A stretch of DNA of 64,000 nucleotides from Octopus sinensis (taxonomy: Eukaryota), in NCBI RefSeq assembly GCF_006345805.1, contig NC_043006.1:48980001-49044000 (forward strand), read 5' to 3'. Below are positions 24,900 through 37,915 of the stretch, piece by piece. The notes beneath the pieces are model-generated. The model made no database searches. It saw only the letters and a list, made by a program, of their open reading frames with translations, and had not been told where the DNA came from. Each line of letters opens with the position of its first letter. Within the stretch, counting starts at the first letter, position 1. A program made the position numbers and the translations under genes.

Positions 24900-25800
24900 C
24901 TTAACCAGAAAAGGAGAAAGCCATGTCCTTCAACCCGTTTCAGAGGCTCCAAACCTGGTGGAAAGAAGGGAGGAAGATTTCCTCAGACCAAAGACCACAC
25001 CTAAATATTTGCAGAAGAATCGATTATTCCATCCAGCCCTTTGATCCTTTTAGAATATAGGCCGTTGACAATTTTTCCCCATGGTTATCGATCCTGGGAT
25101 GTCTTTTCTGCTTCTCTCCAATTAGATTCCTGCTTTTGCAGCTCTACCTCAGTATCCCAGTTGCAGCTATTTTTAAGGGTATCCTCTCTTACACACCCCT
25201 TCATGGGATCCAAGTCAGGGTCTGATGCATAATGCAAATGTTGGTTTATTTTGTTGAATCATGTCATGTGTTTCCCCAAGAGATGGCATTCCTTGCCCAG
25301 TTCTTGATGTTTTTTTTTTATTGTCATTGATATTTCTGTAACTTCGCTTTTTCTAGATAAGGGTGTTGGCCCTATGAAAACCTATTTTTTCCCTTTGATA
25401 GTGAAGGTGCGTGGCTCAGTAGTTAGTGCATCTGGCTCACAATCATGAGGTAGCAAGTTCGATTCCCAGACCGGGCTGTGTTGCATTCTCGAGCAAAATA
25501 CTTTATTTCACGTTGCTCCAGTTCACTCAGCTGTAGAAATGAGTTGCAAGATCACTGGTGTCTAGCTGTATTGGCCCCTTTGCCTTTCCCTTGGATAACA
25601 TCAGTGGCAAGGAGAAGGGAGACTGGTATACATGGGCAACTTCTGGTCTTCCAAAAGGGGTCTTCACCTTTTACCCTCTTGTGGCCCATATTCATCTATT
25701 TTCTATCCTTTGATCTGTCCAGCATGGCAGGCTTAGAGCTTGCACTCTACTGACAGCTTTCAGGGTCACTGAAGAATACAAGTCACCACACTCAACAAGG
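24900..25800 (-). mobile_element. Probable 5' UTR region of an RTE LINE, interrupted by a group B SINE (25403-25670, +)
   Basis: Minus strand from 25800: ccttgttgagtgtggtgacttgtattcttcagtgaccctgaaagctgtc...gccatgctggacagatcaaagga, resembling BovB/RTE 5' ends (ccttgtcgtgg..ggcttg..gagctatgcc..ggacaggtca). Confidence 0.5.
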
Positions 25801-26083
25801 ACTGAGACAACCAAAGGTTAGGTGGCATTATTAAACTAGGCAATGGAATAAATCTTTCTCCCACCAAGAACAAAAATAATCTTGCTGATAGGCTTCAATA
25901 CAGTTTCCATCTACCAAACTTCACACTCAATGTATTGGTTGAACCAAGGTTGTAATAAAAGATACTTGCCCAAGGTGCTGTGTAGTGTGACTCAACATGA
26001 AATCCTACTGTTGTGAAATTTCACCCAATTGTGTCCTAAATTCAAATTCTACTCAAGTTATTATTATTATTATTATTATTATT

Positions 26084-26960
26084 GCGGTGAGCTGGCAGAA
26101 CCGTTAGCACACTGAACGAAATGCTTAATGGTATTTTGTCTCTTGCTACAGTCTGAGTTCAAATTCTGCCAAAGCTGACTCTGCCTTTCATCCTTTCAGG
26201 GTCGATAAAATAAGTACCAGCTGAGTACTGGGGTTGATGCATTCGACTATCCCCCTCCCCCAAATTTCAGGTTTTTTGCCTATAGTAGAAAAGTTATTAC
26301 TATTATTATAAGTGGCAAGCTGGCAGAATAGTTAGCAAGCTGGGAAAAATACTTAGCGGAATTTTGTCTGTCTTTACATTCTGAGTTCAAATGCTGTCAA
26401 GATCAATTTTGCCTTTCATCCTTTTAGGGTCAATGAAATAAGTACCCGTTGAGCAGTGGGGTTGATGTAATTGATTTATACCTTCCCCATAAAATTTCAG
26501 GCCTTGTGCTTATAACAGAAAGGATTATTATTATTAAAAATAATATTTATTTTACAAGATAGTGAACCAGCAGAATCATTAGTATGCCAGGCAAAATGCT
26601 TAGCGATATTTTGTCTGCCACTACATTCCAAGTTCAAATACCACTGAGGTCGATTTTACCTTTCATCTTTCGGAGTCAATTAACAAAGTACCAGTTACGC
26701 ACTAGGATCGATGCAATCGACTTAATCCCTTCCCCCAAATTGAAGGCCTTGTGCTTCCAGTAGAAAAAATTATTATTATTATTATTATTATTACTATTAT
26801 TACTATTATTATTATTATTATTTAAATCCTGCCAAAATTGCATTTCATCTCCCACTCCCAAGGTTGAAGAAATTAAATACCACTTAAGAACTGGGATTCA
26901 TGTAATTCACTCAGCCACTTCCCACTAAAATCGTTAGCCTAAGCCAAAATTTGAAAGAAT
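26084..26960 (+). mobile_element. Head-to-tail array of ~4 group C SINEs separated by (TTA)n
   Basis: Units start near 26084, 26311, 26560 and 26820, each following a TTA-rich run. Confidence 0.85.
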
Positions 26961-28449
26961 TACTACTACTACTACTACTACTACTACTCCTACCACCACC
27001 AGTACAATCCCTGCGTGCTATGCTAATAAAAGGAGTTGTGTTCTTAAACACGATATGTTACCATACTTTTAAATTAGCTTGCTGAATTTTGAGATTATTT
27101 CCAAACTCTTCAGCCTCAAGTGGAAAGACCAGAACATAAAATCACAAAAATGACTGTACTTCTGGCTTAGAAGAATTATATATACCTGGTGATTTACAAT
27201 TGACAGCAAAACCACATGAACTTGAGAATTGGATTTGAATTCAAAGTTATTTCAAGTTCATCAGGTACATTTTGATATCTAGAGAGGCAATCAAACATGG
27301 CTAGAACTGTATAATGATTTCCACACCTGCGATAATTACAGTACAAAGACTATAATTTTAGCCACAAAGACTATCATTGAAGCTTTTCTAATCTGTTGTA
27401 GTAATTATAAGATTCCATGTCTTGTACTTAACAAAGTTACCGTTCTCTGAACCCCTTCATTCCTATTAGTTTTTCTTTGTCTTATAGGACCTAATTAAAC
27501 TACTGTAATTAGGATCTAAAGCAACATGGGTATTTCAAAATTAAAATGGTCAAAATATTTACTCGTTGAACTTTCTGGGTATCAAGGACCATTTTGTTAA
27601 TTTGGTGTTGCCAATGTAACTATACATCAATTTGAACTGTCACCATATCTACTATTTCTGATAGAATTAGTTGATTATAACAAATTATAGCACATCTATG
27701 TCATCATTTGTATTTTTTATTTTTGTTACTCCACACAACAAAACTGTTTAGTCTTGTATAGAAAAATGGTTGAAGCAAAATATCCAAGGATGTCTTCTAT
27801 ATGAATACTTACTAGTAAATTATTGCTAGCATATTGGACTTACTGGACTAAGAAATTTTGTGGAAAACAGATCTATCCATTCAAAAGTTTATTACTGTTA
27901 ACTGCAGAAAGCAATTGCCCCTTATGGCATTGAAAAAAATATATCTCTTCTTGCAGCAAGAAGCAGAGAAATCCCTAGTGACACTTCCTACAAAAGACAA
28001 TTCTTCAAACTTTTATAATTTTTTTCACATATTCCCTCAAAAGTCTCTTTAGAGAGCAAGAATGAAATACTTTCGGCAGTGGATATGAAAACTGTACCAA
28101 CAAGAAATACAGAAAAAGTATTGCAGAAGCAGAAAATATCAATTCAACTTTTTCGGTCGATAATTAAGATTGCTATGGGAATGACTATGAAATTTAATTA
28201 CACAGTCAAAAGGTTCATAAAATTTCAGTTATTTAAGAGAGTATGATACTATCTAAATAACTTAATTGTGGCGAAATATAAAAAAACAAACAAACTCACA
28301 GACATAGGAAACAACAAGAATTAAAATTAATTAAAATTAAATAAAATATATAATGTAGTCAGGGAGTAAACTTCTACAACAGGAAATATTTTAATTAATT
28401 TTATACAATTTTTAATATTTAATTATAAAAATTCAGTATGATTTATATA

Positions 28450-28717
28450 TTGGGTTGTCCGGAGAGTTCATGCCGATTTTTAAAGGAGAGAAAAAGGTCA
28501 ATAAATACTTGCCATTACATTTTTAATCAACCAAATATGAACCATTTTGTTGCACAATGCATCTCCATCTTTCCTTTAACTTGAAAATACCCTCTTCCCA
28601 GAATTGAGGTGGTTTCATGGCAAAGAATTCATCAAGGTATCTTTTTACATCATCCAAGGAATTGAAATTTTTACCATTATAAGTAACACATCGGCACAAA
28701 CTTTCTGGACAACCCAA
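28450..28717 (-). mobile_element. Mariner internal-deletion derivative (MITE, 268 bp)
   Basis: TA|TTGGGTTGTCCGGAGAGTTCATGCCGA ... TCGGCACAAACTTTCTGGACAACCCAA|TA; encodes the transposase C-terminus NGKNFNSLDDVKRYLDEFF..KPPQFWEEGIFKLKERWRCIVQQNGSY. Confidence 0.92.
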
Positions 28718-28809
28718 TACATTGGATGGCCATGGAGGTCAGGTGGAGTAAAATAGGAATCAAAAGAGGCCCATAGGGGTAAAATGTTTTGAGAAACATT
28801 GGGTTGAAT

Positions 28810-30162
28810 CAGTGGTTCTCAATCAATAGTTTTTTAAGGGACCCTGAAAAAAATTTCTTTCAGGTGCCCTCAAATGTATGTTTTAGATGTATGTAATGGT
28901 ATTTATTGCAAGAAACAGTTTGGTTTCTTTCTCTAACATTTTGCATAGTTCAGTTTACACAGCTTGATGAGTGAAAAACAAAATAGGAATTTTGAAACAA
29001 GTTTCTATAAAAATAGTTTTTAAACATTGATTGGAAAGAGGGCCCACCATCATCATCATCGTTTAATGTCCGCTTTCCATGCTAGCATGGGTTGGACGAT
29101 TTGACTCAGGATGGTGAACAGATGGCTGCACCAGGCTCCAATCTGATATGGCAGAGCTTCTACAGCTGGATGCCCTTCCTAACCCCAACCACTCCAAGCA
29201 TGTAGTGGGTGCTTTTATGTGCCACCAGCACGAGGTCTAGTCAGGTGGTACTGGCAACGGCCACGCTCAAATGGTGATTTTTACGCGCCACCTGCACAGG
29301 AGCCAGTCCAGCAGCACTGGCAATGACCTCACTCGAATGTTTTTTCATGTGCCACCAGCACAAGTGCCGGTAAGGTGACACTGGTAATGATCACACTCGA
29401 ATGATCTTTTTTACGTGCTACCGGCACGAAAGCCAGTTTGCTGCTCTAGCAACAATCACGCTCGGATGGTGCTCTTAGCGCTCCACTAGCACAGATGCCA
29501 GTCATCAAATTTGATTTTGATTTCACTTGCCTCAACAGGTCTTTGCAAACAGAGTTTAGTGTCCAATGAAGGAAAGGTATGCATAAGTGGGCTGGTTACA
29601 CCCCTGGCATAGGCCACGAGGTTATGGTCTCACTTGGCTTGCCAGGTCTTCTCAAGCACAGCATATTTCCAAAAGTCCCAGTCACTAGTCATTGCCTCAG
29701 TGAGGCCTAATGTTCGAAGGTCATGCTTCACCACCTCATCCCAGGTCTCCCTGGGTCTACCTCTTCCACAGGTTCCCACAAGCGCTAGGGTGTGGCACTT
29801 TTCCCCACAGCTGTACTCATCCACCATATAATATTTTTGGGGTCCACACAACTAAATAGTAAATTGGGTATTCTCAATAGTTTCTGAGGAACCCTGAAAA
29901 GAATTCTGTTTTTCAGGTGCCCTCAAATGTACGTTTTAGATGTCTACATTGTTATTTATTGCAAGAAACAGCTGGGTTTCTTTCTCTAACATTTTACATA
30001 GTTCAACCTACACACAAGATAATGTGTGAAAAGCAAAATAGGAATTTTGAAAAAAAGTATCTATAAAACTAGTTTTTAAACATCAAATGGCTATGGGGAT
30101 CCATCAGGATAAAACGGTAATCAAAGGGCTCCATAGATAAAAAAAATAGTTGAGACTCCCTG
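28810..30162. mobile_element. hAT/Charlie-like non-autonomous element with an internal duplication and an RTE insert
   Basis: TIRs CAGTGGTTCTCAA / TTGAGACTCCCTG; 8-bp flanks ggttgaat / gggtgaat; 28830-29030 is repeated at 29880-30085. Confidence 0.7.
29048..29825 (-). mobile_element. 5'-truncated RTE LINE (RT C-terminus plus 3' UTR)
   Basis: GTCGRGRPRETWDEVVKHDLRTLGLTEAMTSDWDFWKYAVLEKT followed by the UTR and (GAT)n tail. Confidence 0.9.
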
Positions 30163-30601
30163 GGGTGAATAAAAAAAGTGATGCCAAAGATAGAGCCACC
30201 ACCCTCCTTTTTTTTTTATCATTGATGATACTTATTTCATCAATTTTTGGGAGAAGATTGAACAACCAAGTCAACATTTATATTAGCTTGACCTCTATAT
30301 TCTATACCTACTTCAGCAGGTGAATCTAGGTTCGTTGAAGCTGAGATTGTTTTCTTAGATAAAAAAAAAATTCACAGCACATGACAGTCAAAAGATTTAT
30401 GGCAAAAGATAAGATAGATACTGATAGTAACTTGCTAATGTTTCATCATTTCTTTATGAAAATTGAAATGTGCTAGTGCTGCTGTTGCTGCTGCTGTTGT
30501 TGTTTAGCCCTGAGTAAGCTCTGAGATCAAGCAGGCTAACTGGTCCAAGGCACTCCAGCCTGTGTCATCCTACCTTTTATTCAGAAACAGAATATTTAAG
30601 A

Positions 30602-30721
30602 CTAGCAGTATAACCCGGCTTTGCCTGGGATTAAATTAAGATTATTAAGCTAATCAAGTTCTTTATTTCAAACCAAACTAAGTAACATCAACGACAAATT
30701 TGGGCAAAATCTGTTGAAATT

Positions 30722-30769
<48 letters not shown>

Positions 30770-31200
30770 ACACACACATGCACACACATACGTACGTACA
30801 CCTATTGCATACATGTTTTTTGTACACATACATGATCGTGTGTGTGTGTGTGTGTTGCCCGCATATCAGAAAAACACTTTTTTCCTCGATGGAAAAAAAA
30901 AACAACAGAAGTCTTAACAAAAACTTATTTGTTGCTAGAAGGGGACTTAACTCCTGTTTGCAAACAATGGTGATTTCTCCGATTTGAAAATTCTTAAAAG
31001 TTTTGGTTGAAAATATATTTTTACTGCTATTCGTTGGTGCCTCTGGGAAAAATAAGTTGACAAAAATACAGCTAGGATCATGACGAATGTCCTCCTAAAA
31101 TTGGAGCAACATGTGTACTAATTTGTGGACGTGCATAGATTACATTCACGTACACACACACACACACACACACACACATCCTGCCTTTTATATAAACAGA
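30602..31200 (-). mobile_element. Complete non-autonomous Helitron (~600 bp)
   Basis: Minus strand A|TCTGTTTATATAAAAGG ... CCCAGGC-AAA-GCCGGG hairpin ... CTAG|T; TC and CTAG ends, AT target, no TSD, internal microsatellites. Confidence 0.85.
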
Positions 31201-31363
31201 TGACATTACCCAATGCATCCTCTTTTATTCAGACAGTGTATCTAGGACTACATTACAGAATGTACTCTTGACCATCCCATCTTTAATTCAGACATAAGTA
31301 TCTAAGACAACATTACTTGATGTATTCTTGAGCATTTCATTTCTAGGACTACATTATCTAATG

Positions 31364-31518
31364 CAGCATTTCTCAACCAGGGCTCCCTGGGACCCTAGGG
31401 TTCCACAAAAGGTTCCTAGGGATTCCGCGAGAAAGAGTAAGATAAACTAATGTTAATTTCATGATCGTAATATTACTACACATGCACATTATATGTGCAT
31501 ATACATACATTATATATA

Positions 31519-31549
<31 letters not shown>

Positions 31550-31683
31550 GTGATATTAACAGCATGAATTACAATGAAAAAATAAGAGAAAGACAGGGTA
31601 TATAACCTTTCTGTGCAGGGGTTCCTTGAGAGATGTAATTTATTTTAAGGGTTACACAAGGGTAAAAATGTTGAGAAACACTG
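31364..31683. mobile_element. hAT/Charlie-like MITE
   Basis: TIRs CAGCATTTCTCAAC / GTTGAGAAACACTG; 8-bp TSD atctaatg / atctaaag (NTCTAGAN-like). Confidence 0.8.
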
Positions 31684-32124
31684 ATCTAAAGCATCCCTTC
31701 TTTAAAAAAGACTCTAGGGTGTCACTTGAGAAAATTTTGGTTGCTATTTCTAGCAGGTCAAATGATCTCATAGAAGCTTTCTCGTTAGTTGAAGCTTTCT
31801 CATTAGGCTGTCGTACAGCCTTAATTAATCAATCAAATATTAGAAAGTAATTTATCTCTAGTACCAGTACATCAAATATACCATACTATATTTTATAGTT
31901 TTATCTATTGAGATTATCCAGATACAATCTACTACATAGTGCTTTGGTTATTTTTAAATGGCAGAGATTAAAATCATACTATTATCTCTATGATAATCCT
32001 TCCAAAGTCAACTCTTGCCTTTAATTCTTCTTGGGTCAATAAAAGAAAGTTCTAGTCATATACTGGAATTGATTTAATCATCAACTATAGTCCTTTCCTA
32101 AATCTGAGGCCTTGTGCTGCCACA

Positions 32125-32750
32125 ATCATCATCATCATCATCATCATTTAACGTCCACTTTCCATGGGTCGCTAGCATGGGTCGGACGATTTGACTGAGG
32201 ACTCCAATCTGATCTAGCAATGTTTCTACAGCTGGATGCCCTTCCTAACACCAACCACTCCAAGAGTATAGTGGGTGCTTTTACGTGCCACCGGCATGAG
32301 GGCCAGTCAGACAGTACTGGCAATGGCCATGTTCAAATGGTGTTTTTTACGTGCCACCTGCACAGGACCCAGTCCAGCGGCACTGACAATGACCTCACTT
32401 GAACGTTTTTTCAAGTGCCAGTAAGGCAACGCGGGTAACGATCATGCTCGAATGGTGCTTTTTACATGTCACCAGCACAGAAGCCAGTTTGCTGCTCTGG
32501 CAATGATTACGCTCGGATGGTGCTCTTAACTGGCACGGGTGCCAGTCATCGAATTTGATTTCGATTTCACTTGCCTCAACAGGTCTTCGCAAGCAAAGTT
32601 TAGTGTCCAATGAAGGAAAAGCATGCATAAGTGAGCTGGTTACACCCCTGGCATAGGCCACGAGGTTATGGTCTCACTTGGCTTGCTGGGTCTTCTCAAG
32701 CACAGCATATTTCCAAAGGTCTCAGTCACTAGTCAAGAGGTCTCGGTCAC
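32125..32750 (-). mobile_element. RTE LINE 3' end
   Basis: Colinear with 29048-29700. Confidence 0.88.
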
Positions 32751-33249
32751 TAAGAAATCATTATTTTTATGATAGACTCAGAAAAACCAAAGCCTTATGA
32801 GTAGATTTCCTCCTTGTCATCATCATCATTTAATGTCTGTTTTCTATGTTGACATGGGTTGGATGGTTTGACCAGAGGTGGCAAGCTGGAAGGCTGCACC
32901 AGGCCCCAGTCATCTGTTTTGGTATGGTTTCAACAGTTGAGAGTGTACTGGGTGTTTTTTACATGATGCCAGCATATGTGCTTTCTACATGGAAAAACAC
33001 CTATCGTGTGTGTGTGTGTGTGTGTGTTTGTATCACATGATAGTTGTGAAAGAACAAATATCACTGCTATAGGAATAGTGTCTGTCATCAAAACATGTCA
33101 TATCTGGTCATGGGGAAACAATACCTTGCTTGGAAATATTATTTCCCCATGCTTGCTTTCTATCCCCAGCAGATGAGGGTTGGCATCAGGAAGAGCATCT
33201 GGCTATAGAAAATCTGACTCAGCAAATTCCATCAGACCTATGCAAGCAC

Positions 33250-34262
33250 GGTGTGGCTATGTGGTAAGAAGTTTGCTTACCAACCACATAGTTACAGGTT
33301 CAGTCCCACTGCATGTCACCTTGGGCAAGTGTCTTCTACTATAGCTTTGGGCCGACCAAAGCCTTGTGAGAGAATTTGGGAGAGGGAAACTGAAAGAAGC
33401 CCATCGTGTATGTACATATCTATATGTGTGTGTGTGTTTATGTGTGTGTCTTTATGTGTGCGTTTCTCTCCCACTGCTGCTTGACGACCAGTGCTAATAT
33501 GTTTACATACCTATAACTTAGTGGTTCAGCAAAAGAGACTGATAGAATAAGTATCAGGGTTAAAAAAAGAAAATAAGCACCAGGATCAATTTATTTGACT
33601 AAAAATTCCTTCAAGGTATGGCTGTGTGGTAAGAAGCTTGCTTCCTAACCACATGGTTCCAGGTTCAGTCTCGCTGTGTAGCACCTTGGGCTGACCAAAG
33701 CCTTGTGTGTGGATTGGGTAGATCGAAACTGAAGGAAGCCCATCATATATGTGTGTGTGTGTATGTATGTATATTTATAAGGGTGTGTCTTTGTTTGTCC
33801 CTCTCCATTGCTTAATAACCAATGTTGGTATGTTTATGTCCCTATAACTTAATGGTTCAACAAAAGAGACCAACAGAATAAGCACTAGGCTTTGGTCAAG
33901 TTTTTCAACTAAAACCCATTAACTCTTTTGTTACTAACCCAGCCAAAACTGGCTCTGGCTCTGTGGTAAAATGTCTTGTTTTCATAAGTTTTGAATTAAA
34001 ATCTTCCACCAAGCCTTAGTCACAATTTACATTCCTAACAGTAGCTTAATGATAATTAAGTTATTTTACTAAATTCTTTGTTATATTTAAAATAATTGAA
34101 AGAAACACAGAACATCGAAATAAATACAGTAATGAAAGGGTTAAGGCAGCGCTCCAGCATGGCCATAGTCAAATGGTTGAAACATGTAAAAAGAATGGAA
34201 AGAGTAAAGCAGTGCCCCAGCATGACCGCGGTCTAATTGACTGAAACAAGTGAAAGGTAAAA
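33250..34262 (+). mobile_element. Two nested or tandem group A SINEs
   Basis: Heads at ~33250 and ~33617; two tails at ~34145-34205 and ~34205-34262. Confidence 0.8.
33923..34140. mobile_element. piggyBac-like MITE inserted at a TTAA in a SINE tail
   Basis: TTAA|CTCTTTTGTTAC...GTAATGAAAGGG|TTAA; SINE sequence resumes on both sides. Confidence 0.85.
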
Positions 34263-35391
34263 GGTAAGAGGTTAGGAAAGTGGATACCAGAACAATACTG
34301 TTGAGGGGGATGATGACTCAACTGTTCCAAGTTCAAATCCCAGCTGAGTCAACTTTATCTTGACACCTTTTTAGAGTAACTATGATAATAAATGGCAGCA
34401 ATGAAACAGATTCAATATAACCCTTTTTTTCTTTCTTTTTTTTTTCGTTTTCATTTAAAAAGAAGACAGAGAAAAAGAAAAGAAACAAAAAAAATGATAA
34501 ATTCTGAATAAATACTGACAAAGACTGCTAACCAGAAAAAAAAAAACACAAGTTAAGAATGTAGAAGAGTTGTTTAGGAAAACATGAACTAAAAAATAAA
34601 GAATAAAGAAATTTTAAAACCAACAAATAGCCAGATTGTAATTATGTGGCAAATATGAACAAGTGGTATAGCAAGGAGAAGGTGAGTGGAAGTGAAAGTA
34701 AATTTGGGGGTGGGGGTTGTGTTTTTTTTTTTTTTGCAGTCATTTCATCTAACAAGTATAGAGACACACCCAGACAGAGTATGATTACAATATCTGCAAT
34801 AGAAATCATACAACTAACTGGTTCATAGCTTCTCATTTCTTGCTAAACCCAGAGCTCATTAATTTAAAATATAAACAAGTTATTCTCTGAAGCCAACTGG
34901 TAACTTAAAGGATGATGTAATAATGATTTTTGACAAAACAGTTTAAGCTACTACCCAGTTTAGTCAGTCAGTCAGTCAATCTTCTTTTTTTCCCCTCATA
35001 ATGCCTATGTTTTTTTATTTCCTTTCAACTATTGACCTTCAAATTTTTCTTTCCTTTCCTTTTTTTTTTCTTTTTTTTGTAAATGTGGATTTTTAAACTG
35101 TATGACTTAACAATCGCCCAGCTGTTCCTATCTACAATCCCAACCCAGCAGAGCCTAAAATGGCTATGAAGTACTGTTTATCATTCTCCTCCTCCTCCTC
35201 TTCTCACACTTCCTGGCACAAAATAATTATTTCTAATTTAGGCACAAGGCCAGAAATTTTGAGAGGTGTGCAGGAGGGGGAGGTGATATCATCAAACCAG
35301 TACTTGATTGGTGCTTTCTTTTATCAAGCCTGGAGGAATGAAAGGCAAAATTGAACAAGGAAGAATTTGAACTCCAGTTCAAGGTATTATG

Positions 35392-35422
<31 letters not shown>

Positions 35423-35675
35423 CATACATACATCATCATTTAACATCTATTTTCCATGCTGGCATGGGTTTCACGGTTTGACAGGAGCTGGCAAAGCCAG
35501 GAGCCATACCAGGTTGCATTGTCTGTTTTTGGCATGGTTTCTACAGCTGGATGCCATTCCTAACATCATCACTTTGCACAGTACACTGGGTGCTTTTTAT
35601 GCGGCAGCAGCCCCAGTGCTTTTTATGTGAAACTAGCACCAACAAAGTCACCAAGTAGCTTGCAAGACAAAACTC

Positions 35676-35713
<38 letters not shown>

Positions 35714-35849
35714 TTTCTCAAAAGTTATTAACTATTTAGAAAAAGTTTCTGTTTTTGAAAAATAAAATTCCATATGCCTTTTGGAAATCAGTTTTTGCAT
35801 TGTGTATATTATTGTGAGTAAGCACTTTTGTTGTTCAACTTTTCACACA

Positions 35850-36227
35850 TCATCATCATCATCATTGTTTAACATCTGCTTTCCATGCTAGCATGGGCTG
35901 AATGATTTGACAGAGGACTGGTGAACCAGATGGCTGCACCAGGCTCCAATCTGATCTGACAGAGTTTCTACAGCTGGATGCCCTTCCTAACACCAACCAC
36001 TTAGAGAGTGTAGTGGGTGCTTTTACATGCCACCGGCACAAGGGCCAGTTAGGCAGTACTGGAAGTGCCCATGCTCAAATGGTGTTTTTTACGTGCCACC
36101 TGCCTGCAGAGGAGCCAGTCCAGCGGCACTGGCAACAACCTCGCTCGAGGTTCTGGCAACGATCACGCTTGGATGGTGCTCTTAGTGCTCCACTAGCATG
36201 GATGCCAGTCATCGAATTTGATTTTGA
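35850..36227 (-). mobile_element. RTE LINE 3' UTR with internal deletions
   Basis: Colinear with 29048-29520. Confidence 0.85.
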
Positions 36228-37254
36228 TGGGCAAATTTGTACACACATATACATGTAAATATAAATCGTAATTTCTCAACAGTTATTCTTAAAGGAATCA
36301 TTAGATCTCAGAAGACTGCTTTTATTAATTTGGTGGGGGTCTTTTGTTTGTTTTTTTATAGGTTAGTCAGAAAAAGCAAAGTAATGCCTGTGTCCACTTT
36401 GCAGAGCCTCCAGGATGAGGATTAAAAAAAACAAAAAAACACAATACTTGTATCTTCTTCCAGTCAGAGGCCTGGGCCCAAAAGCCTTCCAAATGCTGAA
36501 GGCACGCAAAGGTAAGGTGGTGATGCTATCAAACAGGAAATTGATGGCAGTGTCTTTACAAACATAAATATTCAGAATATGTATTCTGAATATTCTACAG
36601 CAGGTATGTGAAGCAATGTTGATGCTTCTTATTTGATATTAAATCTCATTTTGAAAGGCACGTTGTGATTGTCAGTTATTCTTGTAATATACCCATACAA
36701 CATCCACCATTTACTTCACAAGCAATTCATCATTTTTTTCTCTATCAACCACCAACGTCGCCACTATCAGTCAGCCGGAATATTCTCCCACTCACAGGAG
36801 GTGCTGGTAGATACCACAAGAAAAGATTGCTAAATTGTGTTCTATTTTTATAAAAACCCACAACTGTCTACTTACTTTTAACCAAGGCAGAGATTGTTGA
36901 GGGTGGGTTGAGTAGAGTAGGGGGAGAAGTCATTCTGTGATCCTACAAAAGTTCAAAGTTTAACAGAGTAGAAGAGAAATCAATTTTGGTGGTGGGTTTT
37001 TTTTAGTCTTCTTTTTTTTTTCTTTGGTATTATAAAGGGATCCAGCCCTTCAAATGAAACCCTGTCATCAGACATGGGTTTCAACAATCTTCATAGTTCA
37101 GAATAGTTTAGTTTTGGCCAGAGTAAACTAGGTTAATATATTTGTTTTTGTTGACTGTGAATGGTATAAGGAAGGGGACATGAGAACTTCGTAGCTGTCA
37201 AAATAGTTCATTGCCTTCTGGTGACTTATATGATGAAGCCTGAGCTGTACAACC

Positions 37255-37595
37255 ACTCCAATTAAGTCTTCAACTACATTTTAAAAACCTCTCCAATGAA
37301 AAATGCTGACCTACACCATAGACAACTCCGATCCTATGCTAACCTTCTGTACAACCCCAGCCCACCTGCAATGCAATGATGGCACATACATGCACTATAA
37401 AACCACCACCAATAAAATGCTGATCTACATTTATAAGACCACTCTGGAATAACGCAGACCATTCCAATGATATGTTGACCCTAAAAATAAAAACCATTCC
37501 AAACATGCTGACCTACACTGGAAAACCACTCCTAATAAAATAACCTCCACTATAAAACCCTTCTAATAAAATGGTCATATACATAAAACCAATAC
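37255..37595 (+). repeat. Degenerate ~40-bp tandem array
   Basis: Recurrent aaaaccac..ccaat.aa.atgctgacctaca motif, about 7 units. Confidence 0.6.
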
Positions 37596-37599
37596 TGTA

Positions 37600-37842
37600 G
37601 GTTATAGTCAATCAAGGAGTTCACATTGGCTTTGGACCGATAATGCTTTTAGTGATATAGGTCACCAGTGAGAGCTGCTGGCCAGCGGTACATAACATCT
37701 CTACTACTGAAGGTAGGAATACAGTCTACTTCCTGTGGTAGAGAGGTTCTGTGCCTCTGGCCAGCAGCTCTCACCGATGGCCTATCTCACTAAAAGCATT
37801 ATCGGTCCAAAGCCAATAGTAACTCCCTGACTGGCCATAACC
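37600..37842. mobile_element. 243-bp fold-back palindrome
   Basis: ggttatagtcaatcaaggagtt...aactccctgactggccataacc, loop ~37718-37724; long perfect stretches such as attggctttggaccgataatgcttttagtga. Confidence 0.85.
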
Positions 37843-37915
37843 AACAACTACATTAAATATTACTGCTCAGAATTTATTAGAGCATGCTTCTTTTTGGACT
37901 TATGAACTGACCAAT

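Noticed and set aside
27844-27901. Minus-strand 58-nt exon-like segment (tttctgcag / gtaagt)
   Set aside because: Short pyrimidine tract and no coding support
28523-28717. ORF with clear transposase similarity
   Set aside because: It is only the last ~50 aa inside a 268-bp deleted mariner, not a functional gene
36464-36511. Plus-strand mini-exon candidate; similar cases at 23835-23968 and 53520-53588
   Set aside because: Splice-like motifs only, with no recognisable peptide, and on the opposite strand to the better candidates
37056-37082. Small hairpin containing CTGATGA and GAAAC on the minus strand
   Set aside because: Motif order and pairing do not give a three-helix hammerhead junction
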